A DNA stretch of 64,000 nucleotides. Source: the human T2T-CHM13v2.0 reference genome, Homo sapiens. The notes under the pieces were generated by a model. It worked only from the letters and a program-made list of their open reading frames with translations. It had not been told where the DNA came from and did not search any database. The DNA lies in the NCBI RefSeq assembly GCF_009914755.1, contig NC_060947.1, one strand, 5' to 3'. Position 1 is the stretch's first letter; the number at the start of each line of letters is the position of its first letter. The position numbers and the translations under genes were made by a program. Positions 27,999 to 43,400 of the stretch are shown piece after piece.

Positions 27999-29968
27999 TC
28001 TCTTTTAAAAATGCACCACCTTGTTTCAGACAACCGTGGAACTGAAAAAAACCTTATCTATCAGAAGATAGATGCAGTCTCTACTTGTCTAAAAACTAGA
28101 AGAATCATAAATCTTACAGAATAGCCTGGTCTTCAGGGATTTCTAGTCTGATAGATTTGGGCAGGCCAGAAAAGTTCAGATATGTTGCAAAAATCTATGG
28201 GTAAGCACTGAAAATATTGTTGCTTGGAGTGAAGGTCACATGACAGAGAATCTACTTGCTTATCCACCCAGCACTATTCATTTCAATTTATGAACCAGCC
28301 ATTCCCATGTGAACACAGCTGGAGATGGTAAGAGGGAAGCTAAAAATTGAGAGTGGTAGAAGAGAGAGCTAAAAGAGAAAAGGAAAAATGAGAAAATTGA
28401 AATAACAAAAATATATATAATGAACTAATCCCTACTTCTTCCTGTCCTGTGAGCCATGAAACACCAAAGAAATAGTTCTAAGGAAAAGGAGTCTGATTCA
28501 CTGGCAGGTAACCTATGAACCGTAACATACCAAGACAGCTCTTTCATCTTACCGCCTCCTCATACTAACCCAGTAAGGCACTACAGAGCTAGAAGGCACC
28601 TAATTTCAACTTACCTTCTGCTTTTCTTTTCTTGGGCAATATCTAATGTTAATGTGTTAAGTAAACAATACACCCTTGTAAGACACAACTAGAGAAGAAA
28701 GTCATTTCCAATTTTATCAGTTATTCTATACTGAGAAATATAGTAATTCCATATGTAAGTCTAAGAAGTCAAAAGAGGCACTGGTTGGTAAGAAATATTT
28801 CCCTTTGTCTTCAAAATGTGATTGTCACAAGCACTGATCCATATAGCCATGAAGACGGGGCTTAGAAGATCAGCTTTGTCAAGGGCAGAGCATTTACAGA
28901 AGTTTAGAACTGAACTCTGTCAAAGGTAAATACCCACCTCTATATACGCATGTGTACCTTAATGATGTCAACGTACTGACTCCAACACAGTTAGATTTCC
29001 TTGCTGCAATAACTGCCTAGTACCCATAATATAGAGAGTGCACTGTTTCCAAAATAAACTAGGAAAAATTGTACATTTTTTGGGATAGAGAAATTCAGGT
29101 TACTTGCCTTGATTTTCTCAGTACAATGAGTCTATTAAATTACTTCACACTACCAAATAAAATCATATAACACAAATGCCATGCCCTATTAAACTGCTAA
29201 GGGTGAAATTCTCAGCTTCCTTTGGTGGAATTCTGGTAATCACGTGGCAGGCAACCTGTAGTTTTCCCACCTTTCTTGACCTTTCCTTGTGTGCCGAATG
29301 TGAATAGAAGCTCCAGTGCCAGGTGCTATAGACAGTACTTACACTGACCACTGTTTATTTGTCTTGGGTCAGATGTTTTTCAGACTTCTCAGAGCAATGC
29401 TCTTTCTAATCTCAATCATTTATGCATGGATCCTATTAAAGGGAAACTGCACCTAGTCTAAGAACTCCATGTTTTGAGGACAATGAGGTGACTTATACAG
29501 ATACTTAAACTCAGTGGCATTTTCTGGTTTTCCTCCTGGAAAGAATAATTGCTTTGACAGTGTGTGCTGCCCCTCCCCTTCAGTAAAGTATTCTGTGTAC
29601 TTTCTTTACAGGTTGTTTATTTCAATAGACATTCTTGCACCTCTCACTTTTTTTCTTAAAAAACAAGGCACGTTTTCTAAGGGCCTTCTGAAAAATACTG
29701 GAAAAATCCACAAAATCTACAGACAGTTTGCTTGTGTCAAATCTTCTCCTACATAATATAAACTAGCATATAAAAAATAGGTTTCTTTTCCGGAAAGGAG
29801 GCACTTCCTTCAAACAAAAAGTATTCAAGACTCAAAATTTGCTGCATGAACATACTTTAGTGAGAATGCAAAGTTTTAAATTCACATTATGTGTGAATAT
29901 TATAAGAGAAGCAATTATGGAAAGTTGTACTGTCATATTCTCACCATCTAGAGGAGTAACTGAAAGTA

Positions 29969-30282
29969 CAGAAGTCCCCTTCCTTACCCCCTGTCACTTT
30001 CCACAGTTTCAGTTATCCAAGGTCAAACAAAAATATTAATTTATTTTGAGAGACACCACATTCACATAACTTTTGTTACACTATACTGTTATAATTATTC
30101 TATTTATTATTAGTTACTGTTGTCAATCTCTTGCTGTGCCTAATTTATAAATTAAACTTTGTCATAGGTATGTATGTATAAGAAAAAAAATAGTATATAT
30201 AGGGTCTGGTACGACGCAGGGCTTCAGGCATCCACTGCGGGCGTCTTAGATCATATCCCTTGTGGGTAAGGGGGGACTACTG
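29969..30282. mobile_element. MER44A (Tigger7-derived MITE)
   Basis: TIRs cagaagtccccttcctta / taaggggggactactg, TA target duplication at both ends, internal gtgcctaatttataaattaaacttt. Confidence 0.9.
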
Positions 30283-31099
30283 TAATCCAAAACTGTACTC
30301 TAGATGACATTTCTAGTTGACTCAGTTTCTTTTTTCAGAAGAGGAAATTATTCTTTCCCTTTAGCCTAGAGCAATATTTTAATCATAAAATCACAGAATT
30401 TAAAGTGAGAAGAGTCATTGAAGCCTCTAAATACAGATATAACTTTGTAAACTCCCTAAATTCTATTTGAAAAATAATTTGTTATTTTCATGGTTTCTTT
30501 GTAAAATTACATGACGTTCTGAAGGACTTGCTATGACAACCCCAGGAGTGCAAAAATGCTGTTTACACATAGAACAAGTATCACAAGAGATAAAATAATA
30601 CAAACATTCTTGCAGTGTGCTTTAGTGCTGACCTGGAGGGCTGCATTTATGAGAAAGGGCCATGATATATGTACTAAATTTGTAAAAATGAGTCCATCTT
30701 CAAAGGCTTCAGGGTATATGTATGTGCAAGACACTAAAGCATGAAAAAAACTTTAAAATGAATATGTAAGGCTTAATTCCCTAAAACCACCAGATCTATG
30801 TCTTCAGAGAAACAGAAAGAACACTCCCCTGGTTTTTTAGAGCAGTTCCCAACCATGAGGTTATGACAAATAACTGTGTCACAGACAAATTTTGAGCTGT
30901 GCTGCAAGGAATATGTTTATAATAATATTTTAAAAGGAAAGTTTGTAACTGATTTATTTATTTTGAAGAAAATAATTTAAAGCCAATTCATAGTGATCCT
31001 CACTTACTTGCATTCCTGTATGCTTTTTGAGTAGAAGAGAGAAGTTGAGTGAGGTTACAACTTGTTCCCAGATATTCTTCCCTTGTACACATGAATGAA

Positions 31100-32800
31100 T
31101 CCATTTATTCATCGATTTAACAAATGCTTTTTAAGTTTCTAGAATGTTCCAGGCACTATGCCAGGTACTGTAAATGCAAAGATGATTAAAGCACGGTCCG
31201 TACCCTTTGGAGAACCCATATAACCAGTATGGGAGGCAGACATGTAAAAAACGTAAGTGAAATCCAAAGCGATGAGTGCTAATACAAGTAAATGCTAAGT
31301 GATAAGGAAATACTGGAAAGAAAATAGCTTTTTCTGTATAAGTCAAGAAAGATTCCACACAATTAGGTTAGTTGAGATAGGCCTTACACAATTACTGAGA
31401 ATTTACTCAGACAGGAAAACAGGCAGGGACTTTGTAATTTATTCTCTAGAAAGAGGGAAAACATTGGAGTTGCTCTTTTTGTTGTTTATGACTTTTTTAA
31501 AAGTAGGGAAGCAGCATGACTAGACTTGTCTCTCAGAAAGTGAATTTTTATCGATACATAATAATTGCATACATTTATAGAGTACATATATTTTGATATA
31601 CACATACAGTGTATAACAATCAAATCTGGGTAATTAGGTTATCCTTCACCTCAAACATTTATCATTACTTTGTGTTGGGAAAATTTTAAACTTCTAGCTA
31701 TTTTTGAAATATCCAATAAATTACTGTTACCTGTTGTCACCCTACTGTGCTGTTGAACACCAGAATGTATTCCTTCTATCTGACTGTATTTTTATACCCA
31801 TTAACCAACTTATCTTCATCCCCCTCCCACACACACCCTTCCCAGCCTCTGGTAACCACCATTCTATTCTCTACCTCCATGAGATGAACTTTGATAGTTC
31901 CCACATATGTGTGAGGACATGCAATATTTGAGAGAAAGCTAACCTTGATGATTATATAGAGGATGCCTGGGAGAGGAGGGAAACCGGAAGCTGGAATTCC
32001 AGTTAGAAGGTTATTATGAGAGTCAAGGTAAGAAATGGTGAGAGCCTGAACCAAACAGTGACTGTAGGAATAAAGAGACTGAAATAGATTTAAGTGATAT
32101 TTAAGCAACAGGACAATCAATAGGATATGGTGACTGACTGGATTCAAGAGGTGAGGAAGAGATAAATTAATAAAAAATGACTCCAAGTTTTCTAGCTTGA
32201 GTAATTTAACAGACATTGGCATTATTAATCAAGGAAAGAGGCTTGCAGAAGAAAAAATAGGTTTCAAGAGATGAGTTTTGTTTTGGACATGTTAAGCTTG
32301 AGATGTCAGTGGGTCCTTTTAAGTAGAGCTGTTCCACAGAGAGACATATTGTAATCAGATTTCAAGAAAAAGTCTTGGTTACCAATAAAGATTGAGATTC
32401 ACTACGTATAGGTTGTAGCTAAAAATGTGGAACTGAATGACATCACCCAAGAAATGTGAAAACAGAAAGGGGTCCAGGCCAGAATTCCAAGGAACACTAA
32501 GCCTTGGAGAGTGGGCAGAAGAAGAGTGGGGAAAGCTGAGAAAAAGAAGGCATTAGGCAGACAAACGAATAGAGAAATGTGCTTTGGAAAAAGTTTTAAG
32601 AAGGAGGAAGTTGTCAAAAATATTATGTGCCAAAGAAAGTTAGAATGAGCACAGAAAAGAGGCCACTGAATTTGGCAAACAGGGTGTTATTAAGTGATCT
32701 TAGAGCAATCTCAGGAGTAGTAGAGAAGAAACCAAGAATCCATTAAGCTAAAAGACATAAAGGATGTTCTCTGAAGATCAGGAAAGGGGATTTAAAAGAT
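31100..32800 (-). mobile_element. Long L2 relic, interrupted by L1MA at 31545-31930
   Basis: attcatcgatttaacaaatgc...ccaggcactatgccagg 3' end; later atgactccaagttttctagcttgag and ttttggacatgttaagcttgagatg L2 motifs. Confidence 0.7.
31545..31930 (-). mobile_element. L1MA 3' UTR fragment (L1MA4-6-like)
   Basis: gatacataataattgcatacatttat...cacctcaaacatttatcatt...cccttcccagcctctggtaaccaccattcta. Confidence 0.85.
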
Positions 32801-32931
32801 ACAACGATACTACCCAGCTCCCATGGAAATCATTGTTCCTTCTGCCATGAGCCCCATAGATGGTTACAAATATATTAATGGAAGGAGGGGTGAAGGAGAG
32901 GTAAAACCCCTACTTTTTGACTATGATCCTC

Positions 32932-33403
32932 TGTGCCAGTTATTAACTTGGTGTCTCTCAGACTTACCTTCTGTGTTCTACTTTGTGAGGCCCTGTGGTG
33001 CCGGGGCTGCAACTCTGCAAATCACATTTCCAGCTGGCTCATTTGCCGTGGGTTCCCTGATAGGTGCTGAAGCTAGGGAGCACAGGAGGGAGAATGCAAG
33101 CCTGAAGGAAGGGCAGAAGGCGTTACTCCTTCCCGTTTGCTTTCTGGTTTCTTAAATGTTACCACAATAATGGCCCTTCACCAAGGCCAAGGTTTTGGTT
33201 CCAGTCTGCAGCTTTTGGTCCCATTGTTCCCAGATTCAGGCTTATTGTGTTCCTCAAGGGACAACTGCATCAGGCTGCCAGCACCCTCTCCTCAGGAATG
33301 CGTGTTCCAGCTCTACATGGACCCTCCTCCAAGCTTCCTGGTTCTGATAACCCCAATCTCTTCCTTTTGTCCCCCTAGTCCTAGAGGTGGTAGTGATTTC
33401 CTG
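32932..33403 (+). mobile_element. ERVL LTR33-family fragment
   Basis: tgtgccagttattaac...ctctcag start; ttctgataaccccaatctcttccttttgtccccctagtcctagaggtggtag. Confidence 0.6.
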
Positions 33404-33545
33404 AGACAGGGAATAGTAATAGGCAAAGAACAGGTTTGGAGAAGAAAACTCCAGTATTCTGTGTTGGAGAAGTTAAAGACATCTTTGTGATTAATATAGT
33501 GACTACAAGACTTCAGGCACTTTTTATCCATCATTTATTCAAAAA

Positions 33546-33690
33546 CACACACACATTATATATATATATATGTATATGTATGTATGTATTATGTGTATAC
33601 ATAAAATATTAAAATACATATACTGTTAAACTCTATACATAATATTGAACTATATATAATATTAAACTATATACATATGAATAATATTAA
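33546..33690. repeat. (CA)/(TA)/(TATG) low-complexity AT-rich tract
   Basis: cacacacacattatatatatatatatgtatatgtatgtatg and degenerate aatattaaactatata units. Confidence 0.8.
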
Positions 33691-33744
33691 AGTAGCCTAT
33701 CATAAGGAAGCTTGAATGTTCTGGGTTGTTTTCCCTGTAGTGAA

Positions 33745-33875
33745 ACAACATTGGACTGAACAAGCTGATTTGCGCTAATATTTGCACTGCCGATAATTGG
33801 TTGTGTGACGTTGAACAAGTCATTTCTTTCTTTTCTCAGGATTAGTTTTCATGTTCGTAAAATGAGTAAATTGAT
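33745..33875 (+). mobile_element. MIR fragment
   Basis: tgtgtgacgttgaacaagtcattt...agttttcatgttcgtaaaatgag. Confidence 0.55.
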
Positions 33876-34054
33876 TATACTTTGATGGTCACCCTAGAGA
33901 GTACTGTTGATTGTGGCAAGAGGTAGAGAAATAGGGGTGAGGATGGCAATTGGCAATAGAGGGGTAGAGCATGGGGGAAGCTTGTGTGACTACTTTTAAG
34001 AGTCCAAGTTGGCATCTCTGTTGAAATTTTAAGTCACTTTTTGCTTGAGAGACA

Positions 34055-34205
34055 GGACAATGCAGCGGTTAAGAACACCGTCTTGGATGTCAAAAAGACT
34101 TGGTTTGTTTTATTTTTTTCAGAGGTAGCTTTAAATCCTGTATCTACCACCTGTTAGCTCTGGGATGCTAGGTAAAACAACTGACCTTTCCAATTCTTAC
34201 TTTCA
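34055..34205 (+). mobile_element. MIR fragment
   Basis: gcagcggttaagaacac...ttaaatcctgtatctaccacctgttagctctggga. Confidence 0.55.
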
Positions 34206-35807
34206 TAATCATTAAAATTATTATCCTGTTTTGTAAAATAGAGGTCTAGGGTTTCTGAGTATGAAGCAGTAGGAGGGACAACTACCTGAAGCATTAGGAG
34301 CTTGATCTGTTTACTGAAACCACTTTAAAAGGTTGTACTGCCATATCTCCATGTAGAAAGAAATGTTTCAGCCCCTTACCTGGATTAAAAAGAACAGAAC
34401 CCACAGATAGATGCTATTATTTTTAGTCATTTGATATTTTTCTAGTAATGAGGAATGGCTGCTCATTGGTGGATTCATTTGGAAAGAATGAAATGTTCCT
34501 GGATTTCATCAAATTACATATACTAAAAGCATATATCCTGGTGAATACCGACTTAAATCTGCTTGCTTTCCTCATACCTGCATTAAGGAAAAAAGCATCT
34601 TAAGGAATTTTTTAAGGTGCTGGGATATACTCCACAGATGTCAAGGAAAAAATAAGGATGAGTACATCAGGACCTATACTGAATATAAGAAACTATAGTA
34701 CATTCACAGATGCATGAGTGATGTTTTTTCCCATTACGGGATTAATCTGCATAGAATACTGTGGCACATTTCTTAGCATTTCTAGCCAGTGAAAATGGCT
34801 GGGAAAAAATTAAGAGCAAGACCATCTTTCTGACCAAAGCAGACAATTGTTTAAATTCCCTATGTTTACTTTCTAAGCATTATTCTGCTGTGCTAGCTTG
34901 CCTCTTGGTCTTAAAATAGAATTTTGCAAGTACCATTTACATCCTTATGTCAGTCCCTTACTACAAAATAGGTGAAAATTAAACATACAGTCCCTGGATT
35001 CAGAAACTTCAAGGCAGATTTCTAAGGCCAAGAGGTCATCTCCTTAGGTTAACATACATTAGGATACATTAACGGGTTCTTCACCCATCCCATCCCTAAA
35101 CAGCCACACTCACATGCAAATTTTCCCTATAATTTGAGACATCTGTAAATAATGCAGATGATTCTAAGTCCCGAAGGTGCCAAGACAGAAATTAGGCTCC
35201 TTTGGCAATTGCAGTAACTTTTTCGAGTTACACAGATTATCATTTAAGTGTCTGGATCATCAAATATAATATGATATATAAGGAAAGGAGTAGGAGGGAA
35301 ATGTGGTAGAGACATGTATTTGAACTGATTTAAAAATATGTCTCCTTTGAATGACTAATGTAATGTTCCAAGGTTGAATTTTGCGGTTTCTTAAATGCTT
35401 TGCTCTAAAAACATATTTACAACCTGTACTCAGAATGAAAAGTTGAATATGAGGAGTATGTGAGACAGCAACAAATCTTTATTTCAAAATTTTTGTGCAG
35501 GCTTTAAGAACAAACGTTAAAGTTAAATGCTAGCTCTTGCATATTCTAGGTGGAATAATAAGTAGGTTTTCATGTTCTTTGAAAAAGAAAAGAAAGAAAA
35601 AAATCTGTGATTTTTGGTCATGAAAGAGAAATCCTGTGGTAAGAGATTTAACTATAATGGTTTGGGCATGGGCTTATGCTTTTCCAGTGTCTATAATAAT
35701 TGACTGAATAGTGTTTCTTTGTTTTCTAAAGAAAACAAAATCATAGTAAACAATATCTCTTTATTCTTCAGGGATACACACTAATACTTATCCTTTTTTT
35801 CCCAAAC

Positions 35808-36600
35808 ACTTACAGTTGTCAAAATGTATTCATGTACATTTCACATAAATGTGAGCCTCTTAATGTCCCTGTGTGATGAGTAAAAAAGGAATCATCCTGT
35901 TTTACAGCTGAACTGACCTTCAGAGAGACTATGACTTGCCCAAGGTCAGGTTGTGTATCTATTTAATGTTATTTGATTACAAGCAAAATAAGCCCAACTC
36001 ACACTGACTTAAGGAATAAACAAGTTGCTCATTGGCTCATGTAACTAGAAGCCTGCAGGGGTGGCGTGGGAGGGGAAAGAAAAGATGAACTGTCTTCACC
36101 CATGGCTAGATCCAGAGGCTGAATGATGTCATCATGTCTCTCTTTCCCTTATCTTGGTCACTCATCTCTGCTTTTCTCTGCATTGCTTGTGTTCTTGGAC
36201 AGGCTCAATCCTGACTGGAGAAAGATCACAGCCATCAGCTCTACTCTTATATTACATCCTCTTAACAGAGTGCTTCATTTTCCCAGTTGATACACATCAA
36301 CCTGGCTTTGGCCATAAATATGGAATATGCTGATTGGCCAGGCCTAGGTCATGTGCCTTCCCTTGGAACTGAGGACAGGGGTGTGTTAATCCCATGTTAA
36401 GCCCTGTGAATTAATCACAGAAAGGAAATAATTCTCTTAAAGGTAAGTCAGTCTTCGGTTAACAAAAGAAGAGGGAATAGATGCTGGGCAGGCAAAAAAA
36501 TTACCCATACCTTCTAGCTTCTAAGTAGGAGGACAAGGATTCAAACCCAGGTCAGCTTGACTTCAACGTGTTCCCTCTTTACACTATATTATGCTACCTC
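35808..36600 (-). mobile_element. MIR split by an MLT1K-like LTR (about 35955-36510)
   Basis: MIR core ttttacagctga...tgacttgcccaaggtca resumes as ggattcaaacccaggtcag; insert has cccaactcacactgacttaag...attggctcatgtaact...gattggccaggcctaggtcatgtgcc. Confidence 0.7.
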
Positions 36601-37023
36601 CATATGTTATTTTGTAAATATTATACTGTTTTGCTCAGTACACTTATAACTCAAAAATAATCACAAAATCTATTAGTACTACCTTAGGAAATCTCTACAC
36701 TGCATATAAATAGTGACAAAGAAAATTACTGGCATGTGTAAACAAATTAACATTAAAGATTAAATAATTCAATGTTTTCACAGAGACTGCCAAGACAAAG
36801 GCTGAGCTATCTCTTATTAGCCAAACCTTTCAGTGATGGCTTCCCAACTATATCAACTCCTTACCTCATTCTAATTCTACATCAGTCCATGTCAAAAATT
36901 GCTTATGCTAATTTCTGAAGGGGATAAAACATGAGCAGTACCCAGATCCTGTCACTGAGTAATTTGAAATTTATTGGGGGCTAGAAGATGAGAGTGAGAA
37001 TTAGGTGTCCTTACAAATAGCTA

Positions 37024-38237
<1,214 letters not shown>

Positions 38238-39499
38238 TACATTATAAATTTGTATAAGAGTTCCCAAATAGCATGGAAAGTAATAGAGGAAAGAAAATCC
38301 AATTTGGGAGGAGAGGGACAAGAAAGATTTTATAAGGATGTAGTGGCATTTGAGATAAATCTTAAAAGAGAGGGTAAGATTTTGATACAGAGTTGAGTGG
38401 AGATAGAGGAAATAGAAACATTAATCTGGAAATTGTGGCAGAATGGAATTTCTTGACTTTTATTCTAAATTAGACTGAAGTGGTGAATTTCAGTTTTAGT
38501 TTGTGAAGATACAGTCCAAAAGCAAAGAATTCTACTAAACTTCCAGCCTCTTGAACACAAGTTAGAGTCCCTTTCTCACTTTGATCTTTTTGTTTCTACA
38601 CCTTAGCCAATTCTTTTTTTTTTAGAAAATTAAATTTATTTAGTTTATGAGAAATTATGTGGTTATTAAAATTGTTTATTTCTATGTAATAGCTTTCTCT
38701 TGATATAGCAAAGAAGAAAATAGATCAATCTTCATGAATTAAGATTTTTAACCATCTGAAATAATAAAATGGATGCATATAACATCTTGAAATTAGTTTC
38801 ACCTCTATTACTCTAGTTTTGTAAAGCAGACACTAAAATATATATGTGTGTTTGCATATGTGTGCGTACACAAACATAAACATATATACATACATTACTT
38901 ATTATTTCTCCTCTGTATAGTATATATAATGTGTGTATTATATGAGTATGCATATATAATTACGGTGTCCATATACTATATATATACATGTATAGCGTTT
39001 ATTCTTAAATAACGCCTTGCTGATTTTCTAGCATGATTCCTACAATGATCAGGTCTTTCCAATTTGTCTTAAGGTAACTAACCAACTCCAAGATATAGAA
39101 GAAGCCCACTTCTAGTTAATTGCAAAATCAGCATTTCAATCCTAGGCAAGCATTAAGGCCCAAATAAAAACTCATTTCTTATATGAAGCATTGCCCCATC
39201 TGCTCAATCCACAGACACACTTGCTTCTTTTCAAGTCCTACAGCAATTATTAGCAATATCACATTTTCAGAAATTACCATATGCTGCATATGTTATTTGG
39301 TTGTTTCCAACTATAAGTTTCTTGAGGATAGTGATCATATCAAACAACAAACCTATGTTAATTGAGCACCTACCTTGTACAAGATGCTATTAGATACTAC
39401 TGGGAATATCAAAAACAAACAAAACAAACAAGATAACCCCATGGTTCCTGCCCTTATTTAAAGAGGTTTTACTTTATTAAGCCTACATAGCACATTAGT

Positions 39500-41230
<1,731 letters not shown>

Positions 41231-41448
41231 TTCAAAGTTGGAATTGTCCAACTTTGACCTGAGTTCCTGTCTCATATCCTAGTTCCCTATTGGTCCTTTA
41301 CATTTGGATGTCCCTTCCCTAACATGCTATATCCCAAAATTATCTTATCTCACAAAACTGCCCTCCTCTCCTAATGATAATTTTATATGTTTATGTTTTA
41401 ATAACCTCACCGAGGCTTGAAATTCAGAAGTTATCTTTAACTCTTTAA

Positions 41449-41818
<370 letters not shown>

Positions 41819-42646
41819 TAATCTCTCTGCTGGGGTATCATTTGATGATATCCTTTTCTTTACATCCATGGTCACCACTCTAGTTCAGCCTGTTATTACC
41901 TATAGTCTAATTCAGTGAGTGATCTCCAAAGTTTTTTATCCTGTACCCCACCCAGATTTTAATAAATGAACACTCATCCTCAATATTTGTATTTATATAT
42001 TAGATACATGTAATCCAATGATAATATGCTGCCATTCCTCATTCTACTCCCTCTACTTTAGTAATCCTGATGTATTTTATAGTTCCTCAAATGTATCAAG
42101 AATGTACCTTTGCAAGTGTTCTTCATCCCTGAAAATCCCCATTTTACCTCTCTATTCTATAGGATTCTGTTTAAAGTATCACCTTCTCTATGAAACTTTT
42201 TCTGAGCTCCCGTCACATACATACCAGTACCACCACAAGCACCAGCAGCACCACCACCACCTTGAAGTATATTTGTCTATTTGTATAGACATCTATAAGC
42301 AAGTAGAACACCAAATTATACATATCTGCTTATGTTTATTTCTCCCTCTGGACCAAAAGTCTCCAAACACAGACAACTAGCAGTAAAAATGTTTGAGTAT
42401 TCACCCCCCACATAAACATATGATTGTATTACTGTGTGTATCATATTACTGTATGTTATATCCTACTAGATTATATTTATTACACTGTATTTATATTCCT
42501 ATAATATATACATTATAAATTATGAAAAGTATAATTGCAAAAGGATGAATTGAAACAAAGATGAATAGTAATTGAAGTTCTAATCCTCTTTCCCTCCCAC
42601 TATATTTTTTTGAACACACCTTTGAGGCTTTGAGGTGTTCCCATTC

Positions 42647-42843
42647 TTTTTTGTTGTTGTTGTTGTTGTTTGTTTGTTTTGTTTTGTTTTTTAAGAGACG
42701 GGGTCTTACTCTGTCACCCAGGCTGGAGAGTGCAGTAGTATGATCATGGCTCACTGCAGCCTCAAACTCTTGGGTTCAAGCAATCCTCCCCCTTCAGCCT
42801 CCCAAGTACCTGGGACTATAAGCACGTGCCACCAAGCCAGCTA
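42647..42843 (-). mobile_element. Alu right monomer (FRAM/AluJ-like) with (TTG)n tail
   Basis: gatcatggctcactgcagcctcaaactcttggg; single monomer; flanks cattcttttt / cactcctttt. Confidence 0.88.
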
Positions 42844-43014
42844 CACTCCTTTTCGGAGGCGTGTGGTCTATTCTATACTATTGTAATAACTTCCAACACA
42901 CAGTAATCTCACCCTCGGATAGACCCTTATGGCACTTAATTGGCATTTTTGGTAGTTCTTATACAACTATCTAATTTGAAATTAACAAAAAACTTTAATG
43001 ATTACTTTTATTTG

Positions 43015-43170
43015 ACATTATTTACTGAGTGCCTATAATATACCAGAAACTTTTCTGGACCCTGGGTTTACAGAAATGAACAAGACAGACAGGGCCCCTG
43101 TTTTTATGAAGCTTACTTGCTGGGATGGGGAGAGATAGAAATCAAGATAATTGTATCATATGATCGTAAG
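43015..43170 (-). mobile_element. L2 3' fragment
   Basis: tatttactgagtgcctata...aatgaacaagacagacagggcccctg...atgaagcttac. Confidence 0.7.
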
Positions 43171-43184
43171 CAGTGTGAAGATCT

Positions 43185-43400
43185 ATAGTCTTAGAGTGAG
43201 AAAATAACAAGCTTTCAAATTAGGCAAATCTGGATTCGAATCTAGAGTTTACCACATATAAGGTCTGTGATTTAGGCAAATAATTTAATCACTCTGATTT
43301 TGTTTTCTCATCTGTAAAATAAGATTAATAATTATCCTCTCAAAAGGTTATGAGAATTAATAAGGTAATGTATAAAGTTTCTAGCATAAATGTCTAGCCA
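43185..43400 (+). mobile_element. MIR
   Basis: ctggattcgaatc...ctgtgatttaggcaaataatttaatc...ttttctcatctgtaaaat...atgagaattaa. Confidence 0.75.
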
